A stretch of DNA of 64,000 nt from an uncultured Mycoplasmatota bacterium (GTDB lineage Bacteria > Bacillota_I > Bacilli_A > RF39 > UBA660). Below the pieces are notes generated by a model. It was not told the origin of the DNA. It saw only the letters and a list, made by a program, of their open reading frames with translations, and made no database searches. Each line of letters begins with the position of its first letter. Within the stretch, counting starts at the first letter, position 1. Positions 45,695-54,989 of this stretch are shown here, one piece after another. A program made the position numbers and the translations under genes. The DNA is taken from positions 3,591-67,590 of the forward strand of contig CAMKNB010000001.1 of the NCBI GenBank assembly GCA_946414095.1. The letters are read 5' to 3'.

Positions 45695-46753
45695 ATGAAT
45701 TTTATAATTACTATATTAATATTATTCTTGATGCTTGGGTTAATTATATCTATTCATGAATTTGGACATTTTATAGCAGCTAAAAAGAGTGGAGTATATG
45801 TAGATGAGTTTTCACTTGGTATGGGACCACTTATTATAAAACATAAACCTAAAAATAGTGAGACAACTTATTCACTTAGACTACTTCCTATTGGTGGTTA
45901 TGTTTCTATGGCTGAAAAAGAAGATAAAAAATCTAAAATCAAGAAAGAAAGAGTGCTTGAAAATAAAAAGTTTTTAAATGTATTATGGGTTTTAATAAAT
46001 GGAATAGTATTCAATTTTATTCTTGCTATTGTATTATTTTTTATTAGTGGATTAATATATGGTAAACCTGTAAGTGAACCTGTTATTAGTAGTGTTATAG
46101 AAGATGGTGTTGCTTATAAAGCAGGTCTTGAAGCAGGAGACAGAATAATAGAGGTTAATGGTGTTAAAATTACAACATGGGATGATTTTATTTTAGAAGC
46201 TTCTGCTAAAAAATTAAAAGATAATTATGAATTTGTTATAGAAAAGCCAAATAAAAATATTGTTAAATACAATTTGACTCCTGAAATTAAAAAAGAAAAT
46301 GGGGAAGAAGTTAGAGTATTTGGAATTGTTTCATCTGGAGTAACATATCATAAGGGATTTAAAAATGCGCTTAGTTATGCATTTGTTGGAACTTATGAAA
46401 ATTCAAAAACAATATTTAGAATACTTGGTTCATTATTTACAGGTGAAGTATCTGTTAAAAATTTAAGTGGACCAGTAGGAATATATTCTATTGTTGATCA
46501 AGTAAAATCAACAGGACTTAGAACTCTGTTATATTTAACAGCATATTTAAGTATTAACGTTGGTATTGTAAATTTAATTCCAATACCAGTGTTTGATGGC
46601 GGTAGAATATTTATATTAATAATTGAGAAGATAATAAGAAGAAAAACAGGAGAAAAGTTGGAACTTGCATTAAATTATATAGGATTTGCTTTAATGATAT
46701 TATTAATGTTATATGTTACATTTAATGATATTAGTAGACTTTGGGTGGGTTAA
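45695..46753 (+). CDS. rseP: RIP metalloprotease RseP/RasP (site-2 protease, M50)
   Basis: HEFGHF zinc motif, PDZ domain (GLEAGDRIIEVNG), and a second-ligand region ..NLIPIPVFDGG. Confidence 0.93.
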   Translation: MNFIITILILFLMLGLIISIHEFGHFIAAKKSGVYVDEFSLGMGPLIIKHKPKNSETTYSLRLLPIGGYVSMAEKEDKKSKIKKERVLENKKFLNVLWVLINGIVFNFILAIVLFFISGLIYGKPVSEPVISSVIEDGVAYKAGLEAGDRIIEVNGVKITTWDDFILEASAKKLKDNYEFVIEKPNKNIVKYNLTPEIKKENGEEVRVFGIVSSGVTYHKGFKNALSYAFVGTYENSKTIFRILGSLFTGEVSVKNLSGPVGIYSIVDQVKSTGLRTLLYLTAYLSINVGIVNLIPIPVFDGGRIFILIIEKIIRRKTGEKLELALNYIGFALMILLMLYVTFNDISRLWVG

Positions 46754-47125
46754 ATGGAAAATAGTTTTCTTGAAAATAAAATAGTATTGAAATATTGTAA
46801 AGATTATTATAGAATTATTAACGAAGAATTTAGTGAACTTGATTATATGAGTGATAAGATAATTCAAATATATCAATCTTTCATATTTTCTATAAATACT
46901 AGAAGTAAAAGTGAAATAAAAAAAGCAACTGATTTAAATAGTGCAGTTGTTAGATATTTTGATGATAGGGAATTTAAAACAATTTTAAATAATTTTTTAA
47001 CGTCTCTAAAAGTATCTAAAAAAGAAACAAATATTATTGGTTATATAGTTAATGCAATATTAAAAGAATATGAAAAATATATGGAAGGATATACAAGAAA
47101 TTTATATATTCCAAGATGGATATAG
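46754..47125 (+). CDS. Hypothetical protein, 123 aa
   Basis: ORF abuts the rseP stop codon. No recognisable motif. Confidence 0.5.
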   Translation: MENSFLENKIVLKYCKDYYRIINEEFSELDYMSDKIIQIYQSFIFSINTRSKSEIKKATDLNSAVVRYFDDREFKTILNNFLTSLKVSKKETNIIGYIVNAILKEYEKYMEGYTRNLYIPRWI

Positions 47126-47141
47126 TTTGGTGTGGTAAATT

Positions 47142-47630
47142 ATGAGTAATAAAAAGATATATTATGATATATATAAGGAGTTTTATGATGTAAATAAATA
47201 TAGAGAATTAAAATCTATGATACATCATGGTAATAATAGATTAGATCATATAAGTAGGGTTGCTAAAATGAGTTTTTATATGTCTAAATATATGAGGTGT
47301 GATTATGTGTCATGCACAAGGGGAGCAATGCTTCATGATTTCTTTACAACTGATGATTTAAGTAGAAATGATGGGAAGTATAAAAACTTTTTAAATGAGC
47401 ATCCATATATAGCTTTAGATAATGCTCTTAACTATTTTGAGTTAAATGATATTGAAAAAGATATAATACTTACACATATGTATCCAGTAGTAAAAGGAAA
47501 ACCAAATTATAAAGAATCGAAAATTGTTTGTTTTTGTGATAAAATAATTAGTATCTATGAATTTTTTAGATATCAGTTAAATGCGTCAGCATTTATTAGT
47601 GCTGTGTTATTTGCAAGAATAATTAATTAA
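47142..47630 (+). CDS. HD-domain phosphohydrolase
   Basis: ..NRLDHISRVAKMS..GAMLHDFF.. (H...HD). Confidence 0.7.
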   Translation: MSNKKIYYDIYKEFYDVNKYRELKSMIHHGNNRLDHISRVAKMSFYMSKYMRCDYVSCTRGAMLHDFFTTDDLSRNDGKYKNFLNEHPYIALDNALNYFELNDIEKDIILTHMYPVVKGKPNYKESKIVCFCDKIISIYEFFRYQLNASAFISAVLFARIIN

Positions 47631-47639
47631 TTCTTATTT

Positions 47640-47716
47640 GTCCTCGTAGCTCAGTAGGATAGAGCGGTCGCCTCCTAAGCGACAGGTCGTTGGTTCGATT
47701 CCAATCGGGGACGCCA
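47640..47716 (+). tRNA. tRNA-Arg (anticodon CCU)
   Basis: Acceptor GTCCTCG/CGGGGAC, D arm GCTC..GAGC, anticodon stem GTCGC/GCGAC with loop CTCCTAA, T arm GTTGG-TTCGATT-CCAAT, encoded CCA. Confidence 0.93.
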
Positions 47717-47749
47717 CTATTTTGTTTTTGTAGTAGGGAGGTTATTATA

Positions 47750-49651
47750 GTGGAGCATGTTGAAACGAATAGAGATAAAAGCCTAAGGGCTTTGCAATTA
47801 TTGCAACTTGAGGGACTTAAAGAAATAGATAGAATTTGTAGAAAACATAATATTAAATATTCATTAGGTGGTGGAACTTGTCTTGGCCAATTAAGACATG
47901 GAGGTTTTATCCCTTGGGATGACGATATTGATGTAGATATGACAATGGAAAATTATAAAAAATTTCTGGATGTTGTAGAAGATGAAATAGATCATAATAA
48001 ATTTTTCTTTAGATGTAGAAAAACAGATAAAAAGAATTATAGAACGAGTTCAAGATTAGAACTTGTAGATACTCATATGCTTCAAAAAAGATGGGAAAAT
48101 AACAATTTGGACGTTGGCGTTTTTGTTGATATCTTTTCATGGAGTTATTTACCAAATAATAAATTTTTAAGAAAAATAGTATCTACTAATTTGTTCTATT
48201 TAAGATGTATTCAAAATTTTAAGCAATTTCATAATTTTGCTAAGAAATCTAGTAGATTTTCAAGACCATTTATATACTTATTTGGAACAATATTACCAAG
48301 TGGAGTAGTAAATTTCTTTGAAAAATTATTATGTAATTGTTGTGGAAAAAGAAAAACTAAGTGGATAATGGATGATGCTATTATTAATGGTAATCATGGA
48401 GGCTATCCATCTGATGGAATAGATGAATATACCGATGTGAAGTTTGAAGGCATTACTGTTATGAATAAAAAGAATGCAGATAATTTTATGAGAACTATAT
48501 ATGGTCCAAAATATATGGAATGGTTACCACCAGTTCAAAGATTATCTCATCATAAATGGACAATTGTTGATTTTGGGCCTCATATTGAGAAATATGATTT
48601 ACCTGAAAATTATAATGAATACTTATCAATAATATATACACCTACTAAACTAAAGCATATGCAAAAGTTATCATTTGATATGGTATCTTATATTTCTAAA
48701 GTATGTAAAAAGAATAATTTAAAATATTTTATGACAAATGAGTCATGTTTATATAACGAATATAATATAAGTGAACATGGTACTTTATGGAATAGTCCAA
48801 TGACAATAGCATTACCTAGAAGTGACTATGATAAGTTATGTAAAGAACTTGAAAAGAATGAAAATAAAATGTATTTTTTACAAAATAAAAAAACAGATAA
48901 AAAGTTTCATTTAAATTATTCAAGATTTATGATTAATTGTACTTATATGAGAGATGCTAGTATTCCTCTTTTCATAGAAGAAAAAATGGCAAATGGTTTT
49001 TATATAAATATAGTAGCTCTTGATTATGCTCCTAATAATTTAGGAAAACAAAAATCACTTAGAAGAAAAGTTAAACGTTTAAATCATCTTTTGGTTGTTA
49101 AATCATATCAAGCAGTGCATAAAGGTAAAAGAAAACATGATATAAGAGTTTTGAGACGTTTGTTTGTTAAAATTAGGCTATTATTATTAAAACCTTTATC
49201 TATTAGTAGAATAAATAGAAAATTAAATAAACAATTAGCTAAAAATAAAAATACTAACTATTATATTGATTCAACAGGAACTTTATTAAAAGGAAAGATA
49301 TTCAATAAATCAATATTTGGTAGTGGAAAAGAATATGAATATAATGGTTATAAATTAATGTTTCCAAGTAAACTAACTGATTTTAATAATATGTATTTTA
49401 ATGATAAAGAAATTAATGAAACAAAACATATAAAATATTTGAAAGAAAATAGTCCTGTATATTATAGAAAAAAATATGTAGATAGTATTTCGAATGAATT
49501 GTTAGAAAAAATTGAACATAGATATAAATCATGTCATTTAACTTATTTTGATTTAGATGACTATCAATTATCTATATTAAGATATGATAATAATAAGAAA
49601 AAGTATTTATCTAATGAAGAATTAGTGAAAAATTTTAATTTTAAAAATTAA
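47750..49651 (+). CDS. Tandem LicD-family phosphotransferase (intact N-terminal LicD domain plus degenerate second copy)
   Basis: LQLLQLEGLKEIDRICRKHNIKYSLGGGTCLGQLRHGGFIPWDDDIDVDM is the LicD signature. The second half (..KLSFDMVSYISKVCKKNNLKYFM..) repeats the fold without DxD. GGGAGG RBS before GTG at 47750. The track start at 47690 lies inside the tRNA. Confidence 0.8.
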   Translation: MEHVETNRDKSLRALQLLQLEGLKEIDRICRKHNIKYSLGGGTCLGQLRHGGFIPWDDDIDVDMTMENYKKFLDVVEDEIDHNKFFFRCRKTDKKNYRTSSRLELVDTHMLQKRWENNNLDVGVFVDIFSWSYLPNNKFLRKIVSTNLFYLRCIQNFKQFHNFAKKSSRFSRPFIYLFGTILPSGVVNFFEKLLCNCCGKRKTKWIMDDAIINGNHGGYPSDGIDEYTDVKFEGITVMNKKNADNFMRTIYGPKYMEWLPPVQRLSHHKWTIVDFGPHIEKYDLPENYNEYLSIIYTPTKLKHMQKLSFDMVSYISKVCKKNNLKYFMTNESCLYNEYNISEHGTLWNSPMTIALPRSDYDKLCKELEKNENKMYFLQNKKTDKKFHLNYSRFMINCTYMRDASIPLFIEEKMANGFYINIVALDYAPNNLGKQKSLRRKVKRLNHLLVVKSYQAVHKGKRKHDIRVLRRLFVKIRLLLLKPLSISRINRKLNKQLAKNKNTNYYIDSTGTLLKGKIFNKSIFGSGKEYEYNGYKLMFPSKLTDFNNMYFNDKEINETKHIKYLKENSPVYYRKKYVDSISNELLEKIEHRYKSCHLTYFDLDDYQLSILRYDNNKKKYLSNEELVKNFNFKN

Positions 49652-49691
49652 AATTGTGATATAATAAATTTTATTCAGAGGGAGATTAAAA

Positions 49692-50417
49692 ATGAAAGAT
49701 GAAAAAAATATTAAAACTGTTGCACTTTTAACTGCAGCTGGTGTTGGGAGTAGAATGCACAATGATATTCCTAAACAATTTATACATGTAGAAAATAAAC
49801 CAATTATTATTTATACTCTAGAAGCTTTTCAAAATCATCCGGCTATTGATGAAATAATAGTCGCATGTTTAAATGGATGGATTCCTATTTTACAAGCTTA
49901 TGCAAAACAATATGGTATTACTAAATTAAAATATATAATTAATGGTGGTTCTACAGGTCAAGAATCCATTACCAATTGCTTAGAAAAATTAAAATTAGAG
50001 GGCTTTGATGAAAATGATATAGTAATGGTTCATGATGGAAATAGGCCACTTGTATCAGATAGTGTAATATCAGAATCACTTGCTTCTTGTATAAGTAAAG
50101 GAAATGCAGTAGCATATGTTCCATGTAATGGTGTTGTAGTGACTACAGAAGATCAGACTCATTGTGATGAACAATTAAATAGGGATAATGTAAAAATAAC
50201 ACAAACACCTCATACATTTAGATTTGGAAAAATATATAGAGCATATCAAGAAATGGCAAAACAAAATGAATATAATGTGGTAGCTCCTTGTTCTGTTATG
50301 ATGAAATTAGGTGAAGAAGTATTTTTATCTCCTGGAAGTGAATTTAATTTTAAAATTACAACTCAAGAGGACTTAGAAATATTTAAGGCTCTTGTTAGAA
50401 CAAGACATTTGAAATAG
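49692..50417 (+). CDS. tarI: IspD/TarI-family cytidylyltransferase (probable D-ribitol-5-phosphate cytidylyltransferase)
   Basis: ALLTAAGVGSRM..IPKQF, VMVHDGNRP, TQTPHTF. Confidence 0.8.
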   Translation: MKDEKNIKTVALLTAAGVGSRMHNDIPKQFIHVENKPIIIYTLEAFQNHPAIDEIIVACLNGWIPILQAYAKQYGITKLKYIINGGSTGQESITNCLEKLKLEGFDENDIVMVHDGNRPLVSDSVISESLASCISKGNAVAYVPCNGVVVTTEDQTHCDEQLNRDNVKITQTPHTFRFGKIYRAYQEMAKQNEYNVVAPCSVMMKLGEEVFLSPGSEFNFKITTQEDLEIFKALVRTRHLK

Positions 50418-50426
50418 GAGATAAAT

Positions 50427-51530
50427 ATGATTATAGATAATGAAGATTATTTAAGAGATATAGAAAGAGAAGCAGAAAAAATTAATTTTGATAGTCTAAA
50501 AAATAAGTCAATACTAATTACTGGAGCTAGTGGGCTTATTTGCTCATTTTTAGTAGATGTATTAATGTATAGAAACACAAAGTATAATGACAATATTAAA
50601 ATATATATGCTTTGTAGAAATGAGAATAAGTTAATTGATAGGTTTTCATATTATGATTTAGAAAAATATGGTCCTAATAATAGAGGTAATCTTATTTACT
50701 TAACTCAGAATGTTTGTGATAAATTTGATTTTGACATAGATTTTGATTTCATTATACATGCTGCTAGTAACACTCATCCAAAACAATATTCAACTGATCC
50801 AGTTGGTACTATTACTACTAATATTATTGGAATGAATAATATTTTAGAATATTGTACTAAACATAGACCACAAAGAGTATTTATGATGTCTTCAGTAGAA
50901 ATATATGGTGAAAATAGGGGAGATACTGAATTATTTGATGAAAAGTATTTAGGTTATATTGATTGCAATACATCTAGAGCAGGATATCCAGAAAGTAAAC
51001 GTTTATGTGAATCATTATGTCAAGCATATATTTTAAAATATGATATGGATATAGTTATAGGAAGATTGAGTAGAGTTTATGGGCCTACTATGGCTAGAGA
51101 TGATAGTAAAGCACTTGCTCAATTTATGAGAAATGCTTTAAATGGAGAAGATATTGTATTAAAAAGTGAAGGTAATCAGTTATTTTCATATATTCATGTT
51201 TCAGATGCAGTTGATGCTATTATGTATATATTAAATAATGGTATGCGTGGAGAAGCTTATAATATATCCGATGAAAAATCTAATATTAAATTAAAAGATT
51301 TAGCTAAAATTCTAGCTGATTATAGCAATAGAGAAGTTGTATTTGAATTACCTGATGAAATTGAAAGAAGGGGTTATTCAACTGCAACTAAAGCCATTAT
51401 GTCATCAAGAAAAATAAATGAATTAGGATGGCATCCTCATTATACAATTGAAGATGGCTTAAACACTTCATTAAATATAATGAAAGATATAAATAGTAAA
51501 AAAACAGTATTAAAGAAGACTAAAGAGTGA
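50427..51530 (+). CDS. NAD(P)-dependent SDR epimerase/dehydratase/reductase
   Basis: Rossmann motif ITGASGLICSFL, catalytic YPESK (YxxxK). Confidence 0.8.
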   Translation: MIIDNEDYLRDIEREAEKINFDSLKNKSILITGASGLICSFLVDVLMYRNTKYNDNIKIYMLCRNENKLIDRFSYYDLEKYGPNNRGNLIYLTQNVCDKFDFDIDFDFIIHAASNTHPKQYSTDPVGTITTNIIGMNNILEYCTKHRPQRVFMMSSVEIYGENRGDTELFDEKYLGYIDCNTSRAGYPESKRLCESLCQAYILKYDMDIVIGRLSRVYGPTMARDDSKALAQFMRNALNGEDIVLKSEGNQLFSYIHVSDAVDAIMYILNNGMRGEAYNISDEKSNIKLKDLAKILADYSNREVVFELPDEIERRGYSTATKAIMSSRKINELGWHPHYTIEDGLNTSLNIMKDINSKKTVLKKTKE

Positions 51531-51546
51531 ATAATCACTCTTTTTT
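51523..51546 (+). terminator. Rho-independent terminator
   Basis: AAGAGTGA-ataa-TCACTCTT plus T-run. Confidence 0.85.
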
Positions 51547-51598
51547 GTTTGTAATAATAAACTATTGGTGTTAAAATAATAAACCATTAGGTGATATT

Positions 51599-51985
51599 AT
51601 GAGTAATTTAGAATATATAGCAGATTGTAGAATAATTTATTATATGGCCATTAGTATGTATTATGGTATTCCATTTAGTGTTAGTGATGAATTTGAACAA
51701 GTAATAGCTGATTTTTGTGCTAGTAATTTTGAAGAAAATTATGAAATGATAAAAAGCTTATTTGTTGTAAAGTATAGTAATAAAAGATTTAGTATAGGTT
51801 TTCCTCCTGAATTAATGGATATTGTTTCAAGAAAAATGGATAGTTATAAAGATCCAAAAGTTATGAATCAGATATATGATAATGTTGGTTTTGAAAAAAC
51901 TCAAAAGTTAACTGATTTTGCAATAAGGACTTGTGAATATATTAATGAGTTATATTTAAATAATGGTAGTACTTTTAAACAGTAA
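51599..51985 (+). CDS. Hypothetical protein, 128 aa
   Basis: AGGTGA RBS. No recognisable motif. Confidence 0.5.
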   Translation: MSNLEYIADCRIIYYMAISMYYGIPFSVSDEFEQVIADFCASNFEENYEMIKSLFVVKYSNKRFSIGFPPELMDIVSRKMDSYKDPKVMNQIYDNVGFEKTQKLTDFAIRTCEYINELYLNNGSTFKQ

Positions 51986-52001
51986 AAGGTATAATTAGTA
52001 T

Positions 52002-52541
52002 ATGAGATGTAAATGGGTAAATGAAAATAATTTGTTATATGTTAAATATCATGATGAAGAATGGGGAATAGAATCACATGATGATAAATATTTATTTGAA
52101 ATGTTATTATTAGAATCATTTCAAGCAGGCTTATCATGGGAATGTGTATTAAATAAAAGAGAAGATTTTAGAATTGCATTTGATAATTTTGATTATTATA
52201 AAATAGCAAAATATGATGATAATAAAATAAATGAATTAATGTCTAATCCTAATATTATTAGAAATAGGTTAAAAATAAAAAGTGCGATTAAGAATGCTAA
52301 AGTATTTATGGATATACAAAAAGAATATGGTTCATTTGATAAATATATTTGGCAGTTTAGTAATAATAAAATAGTTAAAAATAAAGATGATATCTTTAAT
52401 ACGAAATCACCTTTATCTGATAAAATATCATTAGATTTGAAAAAAAGAGGAATGAGTTTTGTTGGAAGTACAATCATTTATTCATATTTACAAGCTATTG
52501 GTATTATTAATGATCATGAATTAAAATGTAGTTTTAGATAA
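52002..52541 (+). CDS. tag: DNA-3-methyladenine glycosylase I
   Basis: RCKWV...YHDEEWG, LLLESFQAGLSW, ..IYSYLQAIGIINDH. Confidence 0.92.
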   Translation: MRCKWVNENNLLYVKYHDEEWGIESHDDKYLFEMLLLESFQAGLSWECVLNKREDFRIAFDNFDYYKIAKYDDNKINELMSNPNIIRNRLKIKSAIKNAKVFMDIQKEYGSFDKYIWQFSNNKIVKNKDDIFNTKSPLSDKISLDLKKRGMSFVGSTIIYSYLQAIGIINDHELKCSFR

Positions 52542-52759
52542 AAAGAAAAGAGACGATTATCGTTCTATTTGATATCTAGTTATGCCTAATAATTTTTTGG
52601 CTCATTTCAAATTTCCAATTGTATAATTTACTACAACACTAAATGAATTTTTAATTTCTTTCTTTTTGTAGTTACAAACCTTGTAATAGTATTTCATATT
52701 TACTTTCTAGTATGTTTTTATTGTTTTATAAAAATATTTTTTATGTTATTATATAATGT

Positions 52760-54916
52760 ATGAAGAAATACATTAGAGGAAGCATTAGGAAAATTATTTT
52801 TGAAAGTAATAGTGGTCCATATAAAGTTGGACTTTTTAAAGTTAAGGAAACTAATGATGAAGAAGCACAGGAATATGTAAATAAAATAATTGGATTTACT
52901 GGTTCTTTTAATGAAATAAATGAAGATGTTGATTATATATTATATGGTAAAATGTATAATCATCCTAAATATGGAATTCAGTATAATTGTGATTCTTATG
53001 AAATAGCTACTCCAAGTGATGAAGAAGGATTAATTCTTTATTTAAGTAGTGGAATGTTTAAGGGAATTGGTCTTAAAACGGCTAAAAAAATAGTTGAAAG
53101 ATTTGGTAGTGATACAGTAGATGTAATTAAAAATGATTATGAAAGTCTTGCTCTAGTAAGTGGAATGAATATGAAAAAAGCCATAATGATGCATGAAAAG
53201 ATGGCTGAAAATGAAATTAATCAAGATATGATTATTAAATTGAATGGACTTGGATTTAGTGTAAAAGAAGCAATTAATTTGATAAATTTATATGGATTTG
53301 AACTATTCAATGTAATTGAAAATGATATTTATGAGTTAGTAGATTATGTATCATTTGATAAACTTGATTTAATATATTTAAATAGTCATGAAGAAAATAC
53401 TAAAGTTAGAATAAAAGCATTAATTAAACATAATATATATACTATGTGTTATGAGACCGGAGATACTTTAGTCTATAAAGAAGAATTATTTATTAGAATG
53501 AAAAAATGTTTTAAGTCTGTTTTTTCATCAGATACTTTTATTGCTCATTTAAATGAGCTAATTGATGAAAATGAAGTTGTTTCACTTGAAGGAATGGTAA
53601 CTTTGTTCGATTTTTTTAATGCTGAAGTTGGTATATTAAAAGATATAAATAGAATAAGTAGTATTAAAGAAATAAAAGAAACTAAAAGAATTAATGAATA
53701 TATTAAATCTTATGAAAAAAGAAATAAGATAGAATTTAATAAAGAACAGAAAAAAGCCATATTAGAATCTATTGAAAATAATTTTTATATTATTACTGGA
53801 GGACCTGGTACAGGAAAAACTACAATTATTAAAGCAATAGTTGAAATACTTGAAAGTATTCATAATTATAGTAAAAATGATATTGCGTTACTTGCTCCGA
53901 CTGGTAGAAGTGCTAAGAGAATGAGTGAGAGCGTTTTAGTACCGGCATATACAATTCATAAGTTTTTAAAATGGAATAAAGAGACTGAGACTTTTAATAT
54001 AGATGAATATAATAAAGCAAGTGAAAAAGTTGTTATAGTTGATGAAGCTAGTATGGTTGATATATTCTTGTTTTCAAGTTTATTAAAAGGACTTAGAATG
54101 AATGTTAAATTATTATTAATTGGAGATGCTAATCAGCTTCCATCAATTGGTCCTGGAGATTTACTTAATGATTTACTTAAAATAGATGGTATAAAAAGCA
54201 CTTGTTTAAATGAAATATATAGAGTTAAAGAAGGAAGCTATATTTCATATCTAGCTTCTGATATTAGAAATAAAAAAGAATTTACTAATTTTGAAAATGA
54301 TTATACTGATTTTAAATTTATTGAAAGTAATGATGAAAATATAATGATTTATTTAAATGAAATATGTAGTAAAGTTAAGGAAAAGAAAATTAATATTGAA
54401 AACTTCCAAGTACTTGCTCCAATGTATAAAGGATTAAATGGTATAGATAATTTAAATAATTTGATGGCAGATATATTTAATGGTGATAAAGAAAAATATC
54501 AAATAGGAGATAAGTACTATAGAGTTAATGACAAAGTTATACAACTTGTAAATGATGTAGATAACAATGTATTTAATGGTGATATTGGATATATAACTGA
54601 CATAAGTTTTGTTAATAAAAAAATGGTGGTTACTATTGATTTTATGGGACATAAAGTATTCTATACTAGTGGTGAGTTTGATAAGTTTACTCTTGCTTAT
54701 GCTATTAGTATACATAAATCTCAAGGAAGTGAATATGACAATGTTGTAATAATACTTGCTAAGAGTTTTAAAAGAATGTTTTATAACAAATTAATATATA
54801 CTGCTGTTACTAGAGCTAAACAATCTTTAATGATTATTGGCAGTATTGATTCATTTAATTCATCAGTTCAAACATTATATGCAGATAATAGAAATACATA
54901 TTTGAAACATATTTGA
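52760..54916 (+). CDS. recD2: ATP-dependent RecD2-like DNA helicase (YrrC family)
   Basis: Walker A ITGGPGTGKTT, VIVDEASMVD, LIGDANQLPSIGPG, SIHKSQGSEYD, YTAVTRAK. Confidence 0.93.
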   Translation: MKKYIRGSIRKIIFESNSGPYKVGLFKVKETNDEEAQEYVNKIIGFTGSFNEINEDVDYILYGKMYNHPKYGIQYNCDSYEIATPSDEEGLILYLSSGMFKGIGLKTAKKIVERFGSDTVDVIKNDYESLALVSGMNMKKAIMMHEKMAENEINQDMIIKLNGLGFSVKEAINLINLYGFELFNVIENDIYELVDYVSFDKLDLIYLNSHEENTKVRIKALIKHNIYTMCYETGDTLVYKEELFIRMKKCFKSVFSSDTFIAHLNELIDENEVVSLEGMVTLFDFFNAEVGILKDINRISSIKEIKETKRINEYIKSYEKRNKIEFNKEQKKAILESIENNFYIITGGPGTGKTTIIKAIVEILESIHNYSKNDIALLAPTGRSAKRMSESVLVPAYTIHKFLKWNKETETFNIDEYNKASEKVVIVDEASMVDIFLFSSLLKGLRMNVKLLLIGDANQLPSIGPGDLLNDLLKIDGIKSTCLNEIYRVKEGSYISYLASDIRNKKEFTNFENDYTDFKFIESNDENIMIYLNEICSKVKEKKINIENFQVLAPMYKGLNGIDNLNNLMADIFNGDKEKYQIGDKYYRVNDKVIQLVNDVDNNVFNGDIGYITDISFVNKKMVVTIDFMGHKVFYTSGEFDKFTLAYAISIHKSQGSEYDNVVIILAKSFKRMFYNKLIYTAVTRAKQSLMIIGSIDSFNSSVQTLYADNRNTYLKHI

Positions 54917-54989
54917 TTAAAAAAATGAGACAGTTCATGTTTCTTTTTTTGTATATTTATGATATTCTATAATAAAAGGAGAGTGTGAA

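Noticed and set aside
47690-47749. Upstream extension of the LicD ORF (track start at 47690)
   Set aside because: The first 27 nt overlap the tRNA-Arg 3' half. A GGGAGG RBS precedes the in-frame GTG at 47750, which is the credible start.
52602-52697. 31-aa minus-strand ORF (MKYYYKVCNYKKKEIKNSFSVVVNYTIGNLK) in the 220-bp tag-recD2 spacer, considered as a type I toxin or small protein
   Set aside because: It has only a weak GAAAG SD, is not hydrophobic, and has no terminator or antisense partner. It cannot be told apart from chance ORFs in AT-rich DNA.
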